Below are positions 10,923-23,592 of a stretch of DNA of 64,000 nucleotides, in pieces. Below the pieces are notes generated by a model. That model ran no database searches and had not been told where the DNA came from. It was given only the letters and a program-made list of their open reading frames with translations. The position numbers were made by a program, and so were the translations under genes. The stretch is from the NCBI GenBank assembly GCA_023920165.1, contig CP089274.1, positions 62,001 to 126,000 of the forward strand, read 5' to 3'. The number at the start of each line of letters is the position of its first letter. Within the stretch, counting starts at the first letter, position 1. Origin of the DNA: Curvularia clavata (lineage: Eukaryota).

Positions 10923-13296
10923 CTATAACAAGGGATCGTTTGGTAAAGCAGTGCCCATGAAAGGATATGTGCCTATAGATCCCCAAAGCTCTTCAAATCC
11001 CATATCTTCAGACAGTCCAGCTAGAGAAGCTTCTGGCATAAAGCCCGACATCAAAAGCGATTGGTCTGTGAACAATGGCATTGCATCACGGCCATCTGTC
11101 GCTACTCCATGGTCACATCGACCGTCCAAAACTGAGTTTGACCTTGCTGCATCCAAACCAGGTTCAAGTTCGACTGCGACAGATACGCCGTTGCGCAATG
11201 TCTGCAATCCGTGAATGAAGCGAGATGGCTGTCCACCTCGGCTGAACTGCGCTTCGGCATGCTTTACAGCGGTTGTGAGCAATTCGAAATCCGACCGGAC
11301 CATGAGTTTCCTTGGGTTTTTGAGGATATGTAGAGCAAGAGTAACGATCGCCAACAATAGCTGCGTGGCGGCTAGTACGAGCGATTGGATGCCGTGGTCA
11401 GCCAGTTCTAGTGTCCGTTGTACGATGGCACGTGCAGCAGCAATGCAAATATTCTCTGCTTGTAGTAGCCGCACACGTGATGGAGAAGTAGGGTCTAATC
11501 GATTCACCTCCGCGGTGAAGGAATGCGTAGAGAACACGATAGAAGCGCGTAGCAGAGTTATCTGCGCCTAGTGTTATTGTTAAAGCTGCTACAATCGCCT
11601 GTGGAATGGGATATGTACTGTTCGCGTACCTGGTAATACTGTAGGGCTATGAAGCTCGATATGTGTTGCTGGTCTGACTGTCGGGCGATTCCCTGGCTAG
11701 TGAAAAGGCCGTGTCCGGGCTTCAAGTATTCTGGAGTCGCAGTTACCCATTCCGAGAGTTGCTGATCAAGCCTGCCAATTTTAGACAAAAGATGTGACGC
11801 AGAGCTTGAGTGCTGTCGATAAACATCTCTGGCAATCTGACCGAATATCCGCGAGAGTTTGATCCACTCAGAGAAGACCTCTGGAAAATCATCTGGAGGG
11901 AGTTGGTCCACATCATCATCATTTATTGCCGACGGCCTCCCTGACTCTAGCTCCATTACCTTTTCCAAGGCATAGCAAGACCACCAGATCCGTCGTTGAA
12001 TTGATACATGGGCTTGGGCGCCGGTAAAGATGATGGGCCGAGATGCTGAAGCTGACTGAGACCGGATGTTGCGGTGGAGACCAATCGAGTGCGCAATTCT
12101 GATTGCTTGTGCCAGAACGTGCCAAGCCTGTCCATCTTTATATCTATGCCGTAAAGTAACCGCAAGCAGTAGGGATGCTTGAACACTTGTGAGATAAGGT
12201 GACGCAATCAAATGCGCGAAGAGACTATAGGCTGCACTAAGGTATGTACCGCCCCATTCCGTGGGCTCTCCTGCAGCTTCATCGGCCCCAAGTGTGATGA
12301 TTGAGAATATTACAATAAGTTGAGGAATACGTGTAGAGGTCAGGCCGCCTCGCAATCCACCTGGACTGGACTGCTCTAGTTGTTGGAAGTAATCAATATC
12401 CGCCTCTACACTTGACCGGTCCACGGCGGGATAGATCGGCCAGATCCTGGTAAAGAACGTATCTAAGTACACCTGGAGAGATTGCGAATCTGGTAGAGAA
12501 GGAATGACCGTCTCTGGTGCCAGCGAAAACTCTTCAACATGATGCATGCCGTGCCGAAAACTAGACGATATGTCCTGTAGACCATTGCGGCGCAGGTATA
12601 GGTCGACAAACATTGCGAGACCTTGCAAATTGCTGCCACCCACGTACTAACGTTACGACATTAGATAAAGATTGAAGCAGCCACGCCATGTCAGCCAGAG
12701 GAAGAACACACCTTGACCCTTCCAGAACTAACATCCGTGTTCACTACACAGTCAGGATCGAAATCTGGTGCGCCGCTGTCTCTTCCATTTCCTGCACTTA
12801 TCTCTTGATAGCGACGAGATGTCCACGACAGAGCTGCTGTGTCAGTCGAGTTTTGGTCACTGGCGAGAGAACTGGGAGTGTAAACGGCGTCCTGTTGCGG
12901 TCTCGAAACCTCTGTCAAGGCTGTGGTAACCGATCTTGTTCTGCTACCGTAGCGAGCGGCCCAGCCCTTGGTACTGCTTTGGTTATTCTGCTGTGAAGAA
13001 GAGGCTGTAATAGTAGCAGATTGAGTCGTAGCCTGGCTGGCTTCTTGATTCTGGTTTTGATGCGTGGCGTTGGGGTTGCGACCTGGAAGAAGGCCATCTT
13101 TGGTCGCCCATCGTCGAATATTGGGGCCGGCGTCTGGACAGCGTGGGTCTGTTGTTTCGCAGACCTCGTCCCGCAGCCAGCAATTCCGGCATTTTGGAGT
13201 TTCTGTGTCGCACTTGACTTTGCGCTTGCGACACTGATCGCAGGCTAGGCTTAGACGAATGCGCTTGGGAGGTGCACTGGACGATGCACTGGCCAT
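10923..13296 (-). CDS. Zn(II)2Cys6 transcription factor with fungal-specific TF domain
   Basis: ACDQCRKRKVKCDTETPKCRNCWLRDEVC zinc cluster; middle-homology region (YLDTFF..IWPIYP, AIRIAHSIGLHR, RRIWWSCYALEK..GRPSAI); two introns near 12.65-12.71 kb and 11.57-11.63 kb. Confidence 0.93.
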
Positions 13297-13826
13297 TGCA
13301 GGAGTGTAATGGCTGACATGACCTCGTGAGTCGTCGAAAGAGATGACGCAGCTCGAGGAGAATCGAGTTGTCGGATCTCTCGCAATATCTTGAATTCAGT
13401 GGTCGAGAAGGTCAAAGGTGCACGACATGGGGCACAGTTGTCGGTGATGTTGAGATGCCCAAATCCCTGAGAATGCTCAAACTCTTTTCGTGCAAGCGCC
13501 ATGGGGAGTATGCTGCGGGGAAGTGTTGGCAAGCACGTGGTCAGTCAACCTAAGTTAACTTTACCGAGGTTGGTTTGCTTTCGTCTCCAGGAGTTCGCTA
13601 GAAAAATGTATTTCTTGTAGTGATGGTTGTAGGTAGGCAGTCAAGGCAAAAAGTAATACATTCCGCTTCGATTTCCAGGTGTATGTATCGTGTCACGAGT
13701 ATCAACAATGCTTTTCAACCAAGGTGCGCGTGTTGGCGCGTCTAGAAGTCGAGGGTGTGTTGTGACCAGGTAAGCGCGGTTCTGCTTGCACACATCGCAT
13801 GTTGTTTGGCTGCTCGAGACATATGT

Positions 13827-13854
13827 ATGGATGGATGGATGGATGGATGGATGG
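13827..13854. repeat. (ATGG)7 microsatellite
   Basis: Seven perfect ATGG units read directly. Confidence 0.9.
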
Positions 13855-15211
13855 GACAGTAAGCCAATTGGCGAAGAAGTGCCCGCGGCTGTGTTTTGTA
13901 GAGTAGCTATGTTTGGACCACTGTGTGCCCCACTTCCAGACGTTGACGGTCACGTGATGGTGCATCCACGGCACGGCGCTTACTCCACGGCAGAAGAGGT
14001 CGGGATTTGCAGGGCATAAGCGACAGCGCAAACGGCTGCAACTGATGAAAGCCTTCTGTGTGAAGACTACCCAACTCGTCTTCTGTTTGCAGAGCCTAAG
14101 GGAGCCTTCTTGAGCAAGTGATGGAGAGCTCGGGAGAGTAAGCAAACGGCCGAGCTGCCTTGTCTGACGATCAACGAGACCTTAGCAAGGGAGAACAAGC
14201 AGTCAAACGCACGTCTTGCCGGCTGGGCATTTTGGCTGCTTTTTATATCTGCTAGGTCAAAGTAGTAAAGGCAGCGGCCATGGTGCGGTTGAACGCGCAG
14301 TTTGTGAGAGGCAACAGCTGTATGTCATAGCTCCAGGGAAGGAAGCCACGGCCTCACTAACCCTTCCCGTGTAAGTGGCAAGAGCGAGTAGTATAAGAAA
14401 TAGAGAACATTTTACACGGTTAGATTGGACATGTTATTTGGAGCTTCTGCTAGTGCTCCATGTTGGAGTTTGAAGCTGAATATAGTTGCAGCTGAGTGAG
14501 ATATTCAGGGCAGGTAAGGGCGAGAACCAAACAGTGAAGCATCAAGTAGATACACCAGAGTCTCCGTTACCCCGGAGTCTTGATCTTTGGCAAACCTTTG
14601 AATCCGTGCTCAATGGTAGCCCCCAGGGCACAGCTGCCACCACTGATGTTCTCACCAAGGACGTTGGCGATATCTGCTATCTGTGTCACGTAGCCAGACT
14701 TCAGTGTCTCACCAAGATTCTCCCGAAGCCACTACACACCGCGCACGCTGGTACGCATAATGACCTTCCCCAACATCGCCATTATGTCCAGAGGCAATTT
14801 TTCAGCTCCCTCACCCACAGCAGCACTTCATATAGCATGCGCTCGCGATACATTGAAGGGTTGTTACAATCGTCCATAGTAGATACTAATGCCGCCATCT
14901 CGTCTGCGACCATATATCTGTATGCGCTAGATTTCTCTTGTTTGTAGCGTGGAATAGTACTAGTGTTGCAAACTGTGCAGATATCGAAAGTGTGAACTTT
15001 ATCAGTAATACCATCTAGCGATTCATCGTAAATCAACCAAAAGCCTATACAAGAGCAGATGTGACGCAGATGACAATTAATCAATTCTTCTGATGATTTT
15101 CCCGTTTTCTTGTGAACACACTCTGCTGCGCGACAATTAACTTATCCATCCGCAGCCTCGCTACGGCTAGATTTTCCTATCCTGGCTCCTGTATCCTACA
15201 GCTCGCAATAA

Positions 15212-17064
15212 TCATTCCCATCTGCCTGTCCGCGACAATTTCTCTTTGTATGTCTGTCGAGTCCAGAACCACCAAGCAATTATTAAAATGGGGAGGCAGC
15301 CCACTACAACGCAAGTGTAGTTCATGCTTTCGACCTTGACCGGCATAGAATAAGGAAAGCTAAAGAAAACAATCGCAAATGTAAGCCAGCAAAGAGTTAC
15401 AATGTTGACCAGAAAACCAAACCCTCCCATGAAAAATACACCCCTATACATGTTCTTTCTACCAGTAAGTAGATTAGTCAAGATAGGTATGTAGTAGGCG
15501 ATATTATTAATGGTAACCGCAGACCCAAGCATTGCGTTAAAAGCGGTCGAACTGCCGAGATAGAGACATCCTAGCGCTGCATTTGCCGCCGCGACTAGAA
15601 GTTGGGCATTAAATGGTATACCAAAGCGTGGACTAACGCGTGCCCATATCCTCGAGTAAGGTATGGCTCCATCTCGAGCAAAAGCCCACAACACCCTAGA
15701 GGTAGAGAGTTGTGAGGAGATAACGCATGGGCCCAGCGCAATGAATAATATAAAGGTAAGGCCAAATGCACCGCCGGCTGATTGTGTTGCTTGACGAAAT
15801 AGTTCTGCCAAAGGGAGGCCAGTATTCGTGGAGCCAAGGGCGCTATAGTCTTGTACGCTGAACATCAGGCCAATCAAATAGCTGATGCCAGTACAGAATG
15901 CGATAGCAAGTGTGATGCCGATTGCTAATGGTGCGTTGCGTGATGGCTGTTTGTCTAATTAGTCTTGGCCGTTCGATTCATCCAACGAAGTGCCATCATA
16001 TCGGTACTTACATTTGGCATTTCTTCGGTGATATGCGTTACTAAATACTGTTAACTAGGAACCGAACATGAGATGCACACAGCAGCTTACCACCATCAAG
16101 TCCACCAAGACTGTACAATGGATTGACGAGACCCACAGCGAACGCAATCACATTGTTCTCCCAACCCGTATTGTTAATCCAGGTACGGAAGACGAATTCG
16201 GGGCTCTGGTAGGTTGGTGCGCACGCTACAACGGTGACGAGGACAACTAGCCAGCCAATCTGGAGATAAAAGAGTGAAAATCTGTTCAGACTTGGAATAA
16301 CTTTGTTACCAAAAAGTACAACAGAAGCGGTTAGCAAGTTGAGACCTTGGTAGATGACGAAAATCTCCCATGTCTTGACAGTCATGTTTGGATGATAGAG
16401 GGCTATCAAAGCACCCAGTGTCTGGGCATAGATTAAGTTCGTCGAGGCTGTGGTGAAGATCCCTGAACGAAACGATTCAGTCCAGAACGCATACTACAAG
16501 GTGCAGTACTTACATCCGCAGACTGTGAACCAACCAGTGAGGAAACTGAGGAAAGGGGCTTGTTTTCGAGGGGCAACAGCGGCAATCCAGTGGTACACTA
16601 CAACAATTGTCAGAATCGTGCCATAATATCGTCATTCAGAGTAGTCCTAGTGATGAGTACAATTTCTCCCGAGGATCGTTATGCAACTTACTTCCTCCTT
16701 CAGTTGGATAGCTCGAAACGAATTCTGCAAGTGAAGCACCCAAGAAGCATTGTAGAATCGTGACCAATATAAACCCATATATGATTGCACCTGGTCCTCC
16801 AGCATTGATCTCAGTGACAATGCCTAAACCAAGTCCCGTCCAAGATATTGTAGTTGTAGAGGCAAGGCCTATTAGCGATAGTTTCGAAAAATGCCGCTCT
16901 AGTTCCTGAACGTGGCCTACAGCTACTTAGTACATTGTTTCTACGCTCTTTCAGTTGTGCTTTGTACCCATTTCTGCCAGTCGCTTCTCGTCGGCAGTCA
17001 TCGAATGTTTATCGATTTCTTGGACGGTCATGGTTTCGACCACGCCCTCTTTTTTTGATCTCAT
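15212..17064 (-). CDS. APC-family amino acid permease, choline/GABA permease (HNM1/UGA4-like)
   Basis: Multi-exon gene; DEKRLAEMG-HVQELERHFSKLSLIGLA, NNTGWENN, SRVLWAFARDGAIPYS, LYLGSSTAFNAM and FPYSMPV..MNY. Confidence 0.88.
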
Positions 17065-17186
17065 CTTGTCCCCAGAATACAGCTGTATGGTTGAAGCAAT
17101 GTGGCTAGTGATGGGGGCGTTTGTGCAAGACCAAGCAGTCAGTCCGCAGCGGCTTCGTTGCTACAATTAAGCATTCTCAAGCATCA

Positions 17187-17214
17187 TTATCGGTTATCGG
17201 GTTATCGGAGTATC
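17187..17214 (-). promoter_or_regulatory. Tandem GATAA (AreA/NIT2-type) sites upstream of the permease
   Basis: TTATCGG occurs three times (17187, 17194, 17202) plus TATC at 17211, about 125-150 bp upstream of the ATG. Confidence 0.6.
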
Positions 17215-18584
17215 ACACTAGGTGCTATCTCACTCGTCGGCAAAGCGCACATTTAGCCGTTGAGGTCTAGCTTGTGGACACTTTTGTGGAGCTTCGGCAC
17301 GTGAGCTTATCTTCTCATGGGTTATTCTGGCGCCAGACCCTGGGTGATCACCAGAAGAGGAGATTGCCCCCGTGTCGAAGTGTTCCGACATGCCTTTGTC
17401 GGATTTTCGGGATGTAACATTCCGGCGGGGCCATAGTTTCATGACTCAGGGAAAAGATACTCCGTCAGGTAACATCGATACCGTCTGTCAATGGTACGCT
17501 GCCTAGCTTCACGCACCTATGATCAATCTCCGCCAAAAATAATTTTATTCTGACCTTAGTCTGTTCTGGTTAACGTGTCCCACTACCGAGTCGTTAGCTA
17601 CGCTACCATGCCTCGCCTCCATGATGACAACACGTGATAGTTCAATAACACAACGTACAACAATCTCATATTCCAACGCATGTTAGCTTAGCAATTGAAA
17701 TTATTTCCAACAGTAAATTCAAATCGAAAAATGCGCGGCCCTTGTACAGCTTGAGCTTAATCCTGTTGCTGTACACGACGTCGCAGTACTTCATGTCGCA
17801 AAGCTCGTACCAACAACTTATGTCCACAATTCCATTGCCAACGACCTACCCACCAACCATGTGTGAGTCCTCGCCAATGCTCAGTTCCAAGCGATAGAGT
17901 TAATAAAATACTGCGATACTCGTAAAACTGCCTAAAGAAACTCTGAGCAAAAGCACAACCGGCCATCCAATGTGAGTATTCAAATTTTGTCTTGGTATCG
18001 ATAATTCTGATCGCACCAACGAGGAAAGTCTGTCACAATATTAAAGAGATATTGCCCAACATTTGTATGAGGTACCAGCTCCTATGGTAAACTCCCACCC
18101 AAGTCTTTTGTAGGCATTCACTTTAGGAACTCAAACCGCGGGGGCTTTTGGTCACACAAACTCCGTCGTGGCAATTTTGCACTCGACAATATATGAGGCC
18201 GTGCTCAAAAAATCATAGCATGAATGAGACCGCCTGCGATTTATCAGTAGCAACCCACTGGCGCTCAGCAATGGCGAGTGCATTGCCATGGCCGGTCTCG
18301 GAGGCCGCGACGACCTACAGCGCGATGTCCGGCCGTTGTTTATACGGCGACAGTTGTGTAGGCGGTCGAACACGGCTTCATCATGTGTTCCCGGGTATGG
18401 AGAAACAGCGATGCAACGGTCGGTGTTAAGAACAGGACGCAGGAGTGTCAGTGCGAAGCCGGAAGGATAGGGTGTAGGAAGCAGCCACAGCCACAGCCAC
18501 AGAAGCTGCAAACGCGCCAACCGGACGTCATTTACTAATCCACTCTCGTTCCGTTCTCTCACTCTTGAAGTTGCAATCACCAAC

Positions 18585-20010
18585 ATGGAAAAACAAACGT
18601 CTTCTCCACTTATCGAAAGTTTGTCTGTTCAGCTACAGCAGATAATACTATCCAATATACCAGATGTCTTGTCTTTGCGGTCGGCGGCCTTGTCTTGTCG
18701 TGCACTTTACAACGCTCTGCTCAGCGCCGAAACCATCATCACCACGCGCGCGCTGCTGAACCAAGTGAGCTTTGATGTGCTGCCCGAGGCCTATATCACG
18801 CAGGAGGCAATACGCTTGGAGCGTCATACCGAGAAAAACGTTCGGGACTTTATCGCAAGACATCTCCACGAAAGACGACCGCCGCCTGAGATATGGACAC
18901 TCTGCGACGCAGTTCGTGCCGCGAAGTTACATGCCTGTGTAAACGAGCTGGCATTACAGTTCATAGCTAACACCGCAAAGAAACCACCTGTGTGTGGGAC
19001 TAGGCCTGCAACACGCGCCGAAATATCCCGCGTCGAAATATCCCGCGTCGAACGGGCTATGTATCGGTTCGAAATCCTCTGTAATCTGTTCCGCGAATTT
19101 TGGGATTCCAATCTCCTAGAGCAGCTTTGGGATGTTTTCTTCTCAAATTTTTCACCTTGGGAAAATGAGCAACTAGCCTGTGTCCAGGACTACCTTGTCC
19201 AAGCAGTCTCTCCAGGTATGTACTATATTCGCTAAATATTTACACACGTTTCTAACTAAATTAAGCATTCAACGATATTGCAGAGCACGATATAGCCTGG
19301 GGTGAATTCAGAGTTGAGTACAGCGATGAGAGAGACTCCATATTCATTCAATACCTTCTTTCGCTTGGGTTAGAAACACTACGACGAATTTCGATGGCCG
19401 AAACTTATGAAGCACGTTATGGACTCCTGTATTCGGGCTATCAACCAAATTTTGATATTGTTTTCTCTGCGAAGCCCTAAACCGAGCGAATAGAATAGAC
19501 GACGCCGTTCCTCACTCTGATTTTACCCCAACCGACGAGCGGACTCACATAAGGCCTCCATTCTTCAATGATCCCGATACCGGGTCTCCTGATATCTGGA
19601 AGTGGGCGCACCAAGATGAGTCTTGGGCAAATTTTGTCAATCAAGATAACCGGAAGACTCTGCGTGAGTGGGGATACGTCATGTGTGATCGCGCTCGGAT
19701 GGATGATTATGGCATATTCCAAAGTCGTTGGGAACCACCATATCACAATGATGCAGAATCAAAGGCGTATATCAAGCGCTGTGCCGAAATGCAGGCTTCA
19801 TGGGAAGCAAGATCGAAGATCTTTCGGAGTGGAGGCAGAGGTTGTTGGAGCTTTGGAGACCACAGCAAGATTATTTGGCCAAATAGGAAAGCGCCTTGGA
19901 AGGGAAGATTCGTACCCGCTCACGCTATACCGAATTCGCTTGAAGAAACGAGAGATGCGTTTAGGTTGATGAAGCTACCAGAGCCGGTAGCGGGACTGAA
20001 TGAAGTTTAG
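18585..20010 (+). pseudogene. Fungal hypothetical protein with F-box-like N-terminus, apparently frameshifted
   Basis: Exon 1 is 18585-19215 and the intron 19216-19265. Exon 2 stops at TAA 19478-19480, while the protein-like continuation (FLCEALNRA..PPFFNDPDTG..WKWAH..LREWGYVM) runs in another frame to 20010. Confidence 0.6.
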
Positions 20011-20805
20011 CGAGGCTAAGATATGGGAAACCCTCTACTGATTGCGGCATCAATTGCTTAATATCGCCGCATCTGGAGGAGCTGAGACTGGCCAGGAATA
20101 TTTATGCAAGCGTTGAAAGATAAAAGTCAAGGCCTTCTGCTTTGATCGATGCTTGCTACCCAAGATATTAGCTCCAGGATGGTTGCACCAATACTACGAA
20201 AGTGACTATAGATTGGGTTTTCTCAACCTCGCCAAAATGCTGAGAAAGGGAAGTATCTACCTGTTCAAGCAGACAATGGTTTACTCATCCAATGCCCCAT
20301 GTCTAGTGAGTAGAATTTACGGGACGCCCATTCTATCAATAGGATTGTCAAGCGGACGTGGAGGTTGTGAAGCAGCGGGTGTACTGTATGTCCTTGCTCA
20401 GCTTATTGGAATAGCTGGGCTAGGCCTGGGAAAGTGGGAGTACTCAACAAGAATGGTGAGCAGGATCTGCAGCGCCATCATCTTCTTGGTCATCGGATAC
20501 GCTGGATACCTATCGAAGAAAGCCCATGAAGGAAAGCTTACCAAATGGGCTATCATCTTACGCAAGACGAGCTGCGATCTCATACTGCTTATCAATCCAA
20601 TGATTCGTTTGAATACCATTTCATAATATCCCTGCTCCTTCCAAACCTCTCGCAAGTCCCTAGCAATATTTTGATGAGGCACATTGATTGCGCTGCTTGT
20701 ATCCAGAAGACCATATGTATGTCATGTGTTAAGTCCTTTGATGGACTTGAGATTCATATTTACTATTGACGAATCTACATAGTGTTCCTGAAAACTATGC
20801 ACCGC

Positions 20806-22478
20806 TTAGGTGATATAACGGAACCCATTTAGAACAGCACGTTGCGAATCATCATCCAATCTCGCTACTGCATCTGGATCATTGCAATTAACGGTCCGGG
20901 CCAACCTCTCAAATTCCTTGTTACCACGCCGCAAAAGGAAACATAGAGCTAGAATGGACGAGAATGCTAGCGCCTGAAATGCTAGCGTACATGCCCAAGA
21001 TACCGTAAACTCGGGCTGATATTGATCAAGCCAAAAGTAATTGGCAAACAGGGACGCCGTATTAGCGCACGAATTAGCAATGCCAATTGCCGCAGCCCGC
21101 TTGATTGGTGGTCTGGGTATAGTCGAAGATAGCCAGGTATAGGTCGTAGAATAGACACCGAATGTGCCGGCGCAGACGAGGAAGGTGAATGCATACCGAG
21201 CCCAGTGGTTGTGGAGAACGGTTATCATCAGGATGGATCCAAGCATGGCCACCACGGCCGATATTCCGGCGCCCACAGATCGATTCTGCTTTTTGTCGGC
21301 GACGATGGCAAAACTGAGGGCCCAGATGAATGCGAAAAGGTATGGGGGTGACGTGAGTAGAAGAACCTTCGTGTTATCCTTGAAACCAATCTGTTTGATC
21401 AGTGTCGGAAAGAAGTGAGAGTAGGATATCGATGCTGTTGTTGCCATCTGTAGGCAAGCAAACAGCCACACTCGTACATCCTTCGATGCCTGGGCGATTC
21501 CGCCCCATATCTTAACGTCTTCTTCTCCTAGTACATCCTCGCTACCGGCATCTGCAGCTAACCGCCCTTGTGCGACGACCTTTTCGTCCTCCGACAGCCA
21601 TTTCGTGGTAGCAGGGTAGTCCGGGAGTAACGCCATGGCAGTCAGCCCCTGCAAATAAGACGATGATTAGACTACGGCGACAGGTCTGGAAGTGGGACAT
21701 ATGTTGCTTACCACGATGATTGTAGCCAAACCCTCCAATATGAAAAGCCACCTCCATGGAGCTAGTTTTCCAACACCATCCATGCCAGATAGGATGCCGG
21801 CGGAGATGAGACCCGCAAAGCAATTGGACAACAACAGTCCGCATATCAGCAGAGCCATTCGGACGCCCAGTTCTCGCTTAGTATACCAGCAACTGAGTAG
21901 GTATATGGCACCTGGGAAAAAGGGTGCTTCGACGAGGCCGAGGAAAAAACGAACTGCAAGAAGGCCACCTGGTGAGCTTGTTGCACCGGTACAGCCGCTG
22001 ACGATAGCCCACGTGATGATACAGCCAGGCTAGCAAGAGGTTAGCTATAACTGCTGGGAATGAAGGACGAGGAGGATGAATGATTACACACAAGGTATAG
22101 AGAGGGGCGTAGTTTGGTCATGAGCATAGTTGCCGGGAGTTGCATGGCGATATATCCGGCAGAGAAGATAGATATGGCAGTTTGATAGACGGCCCCAGTA
22201 ACATGGGTGTCCTTTTGGAGCCCATAGAGGCGGGCTTGGGTGATGGAGTTGCGATCGAGATAGTTGAACAGATAGATGATGACGACCAGAGGAAGGAGCC
22301 GTCTGTCAATCTTTCGGACAAGCTGCTTCTCTGTTTCTCTGGAAAACTCTGGCGTATATGATCTGTAGGTGTCGATGACAGTATTGGTCTTGGTGATAGA
22401 CTCTATATGGTTGGTGCATGAGAGCTTGTCGATGTCGTTGTCGACATTGTTCGTGTCGGTTGGTGGTGCAGCAGGCAT
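20806..22478 (-). CDS. MFS transporter, anion:cation symporter family (Dal5/Tna1-like)
   Basis: LVRKIDRRLLP..YLFNYLDRNSI, GLVEAPFFPGA..SCWY, GMDGVGKLAPWRWLFILEG and KWLSEDEK; two introns. Confidence 0.92.
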
Positions 22479-22707
22479 GTTCCAGGTGGTCGAGTCAAAA
22501 ACAAGGGCAAAGTCTGCGAAACAAGTTCACAGCGTCACTACCCCATGGGGTATCTGGAACAAATAAATACTTCAGGGGCAATTCCGATGGAGCGTGCTTG
22601 TCCAGGCACATCGGTCATGCTCCGAAGGAATTTTCTACGTCACTCTGGTAGTGAAAAGTACTTGAGAACAGCCGGATCATAACTACAGTGAACTATGACA
22701 AATCAAT

Positions 22708-23592
22708 CTAGTTTCCGAATAGCCGATATGGATTGTTGACCAGCATGTCTTGCAATTGTTCGGTGGACAGCCAGCTCTGCACGGCGGCCAGTTCAGCGCC
22801 AGCGTCCACCCCTTCTAGTGGGCCAGCTTCGAAGTCGTTTTGCGACGCGTCGACATGGGGCCAGTCGCTGCCCCACAACAAGGCTCGGGGAGCAGCCTGA
22901 GCCAGCAAGATCACAATATCCTTCATAGCGTGAATATCGTCCGGGCTACGACGGTAAAGGGCCGAGATCTTGACAAAGACGTGGCCGGATTGAAGCAGTT
23001 CTACAAAGTCCTGCAATGCCGAGCTTCCGTAGTCGGATGGAGTCGCACAAGCAATGTGGTCCGCCACGATGGAAACGCCAGCCAAATGCTTGTCTGTCAA
23101 GATGAAATGCTTGAGCTGCGACCATGTCGCTAGTGGTAGCTGGGCCGAGATACTCCACCCCAGGTTTTGCACTGGCCTCAGTTGCGCCAGTGCTGTCATT
23201 TGTTGTTGCGCCCATGCGGGGTCGTGACCAGAACCCCCGTACACCCCGTGGAGTCGGATGCATCGGACGCCTAGGGTATGCATGCGCTCCAGTTGGCCAT
23301 CGGTCAAGAATGAAAGCGGCGTGCTAGCGTCGGCGAGGACGGTGCCTCGGACCAGCCCCGAGAAGTAGTTCGGGCGTTTGCCGATGTCTTCGAGGTTCGC
23401 TAGGAGGCCATTGAAGGATGCCTCGATGGATGCCTGAACAATCATGACATTGCTCGTGAGCAGGTTCTGAAGAAGCAGATCGAACGGTGCGGGTCGCGGA
23501 GTGTAGGCGCGAGGCGCCTTGAATGGAAATTTTTCTGGCTCGAAACAGTGGACATGGCAATCCCAGCTGCCAGTAGGCAAACGCATCGCCAT
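22708..23592 (-). CDS. Amidohydrolase_2-family lactonase (LigI / 4-sulfomuconolactone hydrolase-like)
   Basis: WDCHVHCF, GVRCIRLH, VADHIA, VFVKISALYR, LLWGSDWPH and LVNNPYRLF; intronless; likely ATG at 23592 or 23586. Confidence 0.88.
   Translation of the reverse strand: MAMRLPTGSWDCHVHCFEPEKFPFKAPRAYTPRPAPFDLLLQNLLTSNVMIVQASIEASFNGLLANLEDIGKRPNYFSGLVRGTVLADASTPLSFLTDGQLERMHTLGVRCIRLHGVYGGSGHDPAWAQQQMTALAQLRPVQNLGWSISAQLPLATWSQLKHFILTDKHLAGVSIVADHIACATPSDYGSSALQDFVELLQSGHVFVKISALYRRSPDDIHAMKDIVILLAQAAPRALLWGSDWPHVDASQNDFEAGPLEGVDAGAELAAVQSWLSTEQLQDMLVNNPYRLFGN

Noticed and set aside
14486..15084. ORFs of 153 and 100 aa
   Set aside because: Non-ATG starts and no recognisable family; possibly a decayed relic but unsupported.
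18482..18502. (CAGCCA)3 repeat, and a similar GCCACG run at about 2930-2953
   Set aside because: Ordinary short microsatellites.
20153..20769. Short overlapping ORFs between the frameshifted gene and the MFS
   Set aside because: May be gene debris, but no motif could be identified.
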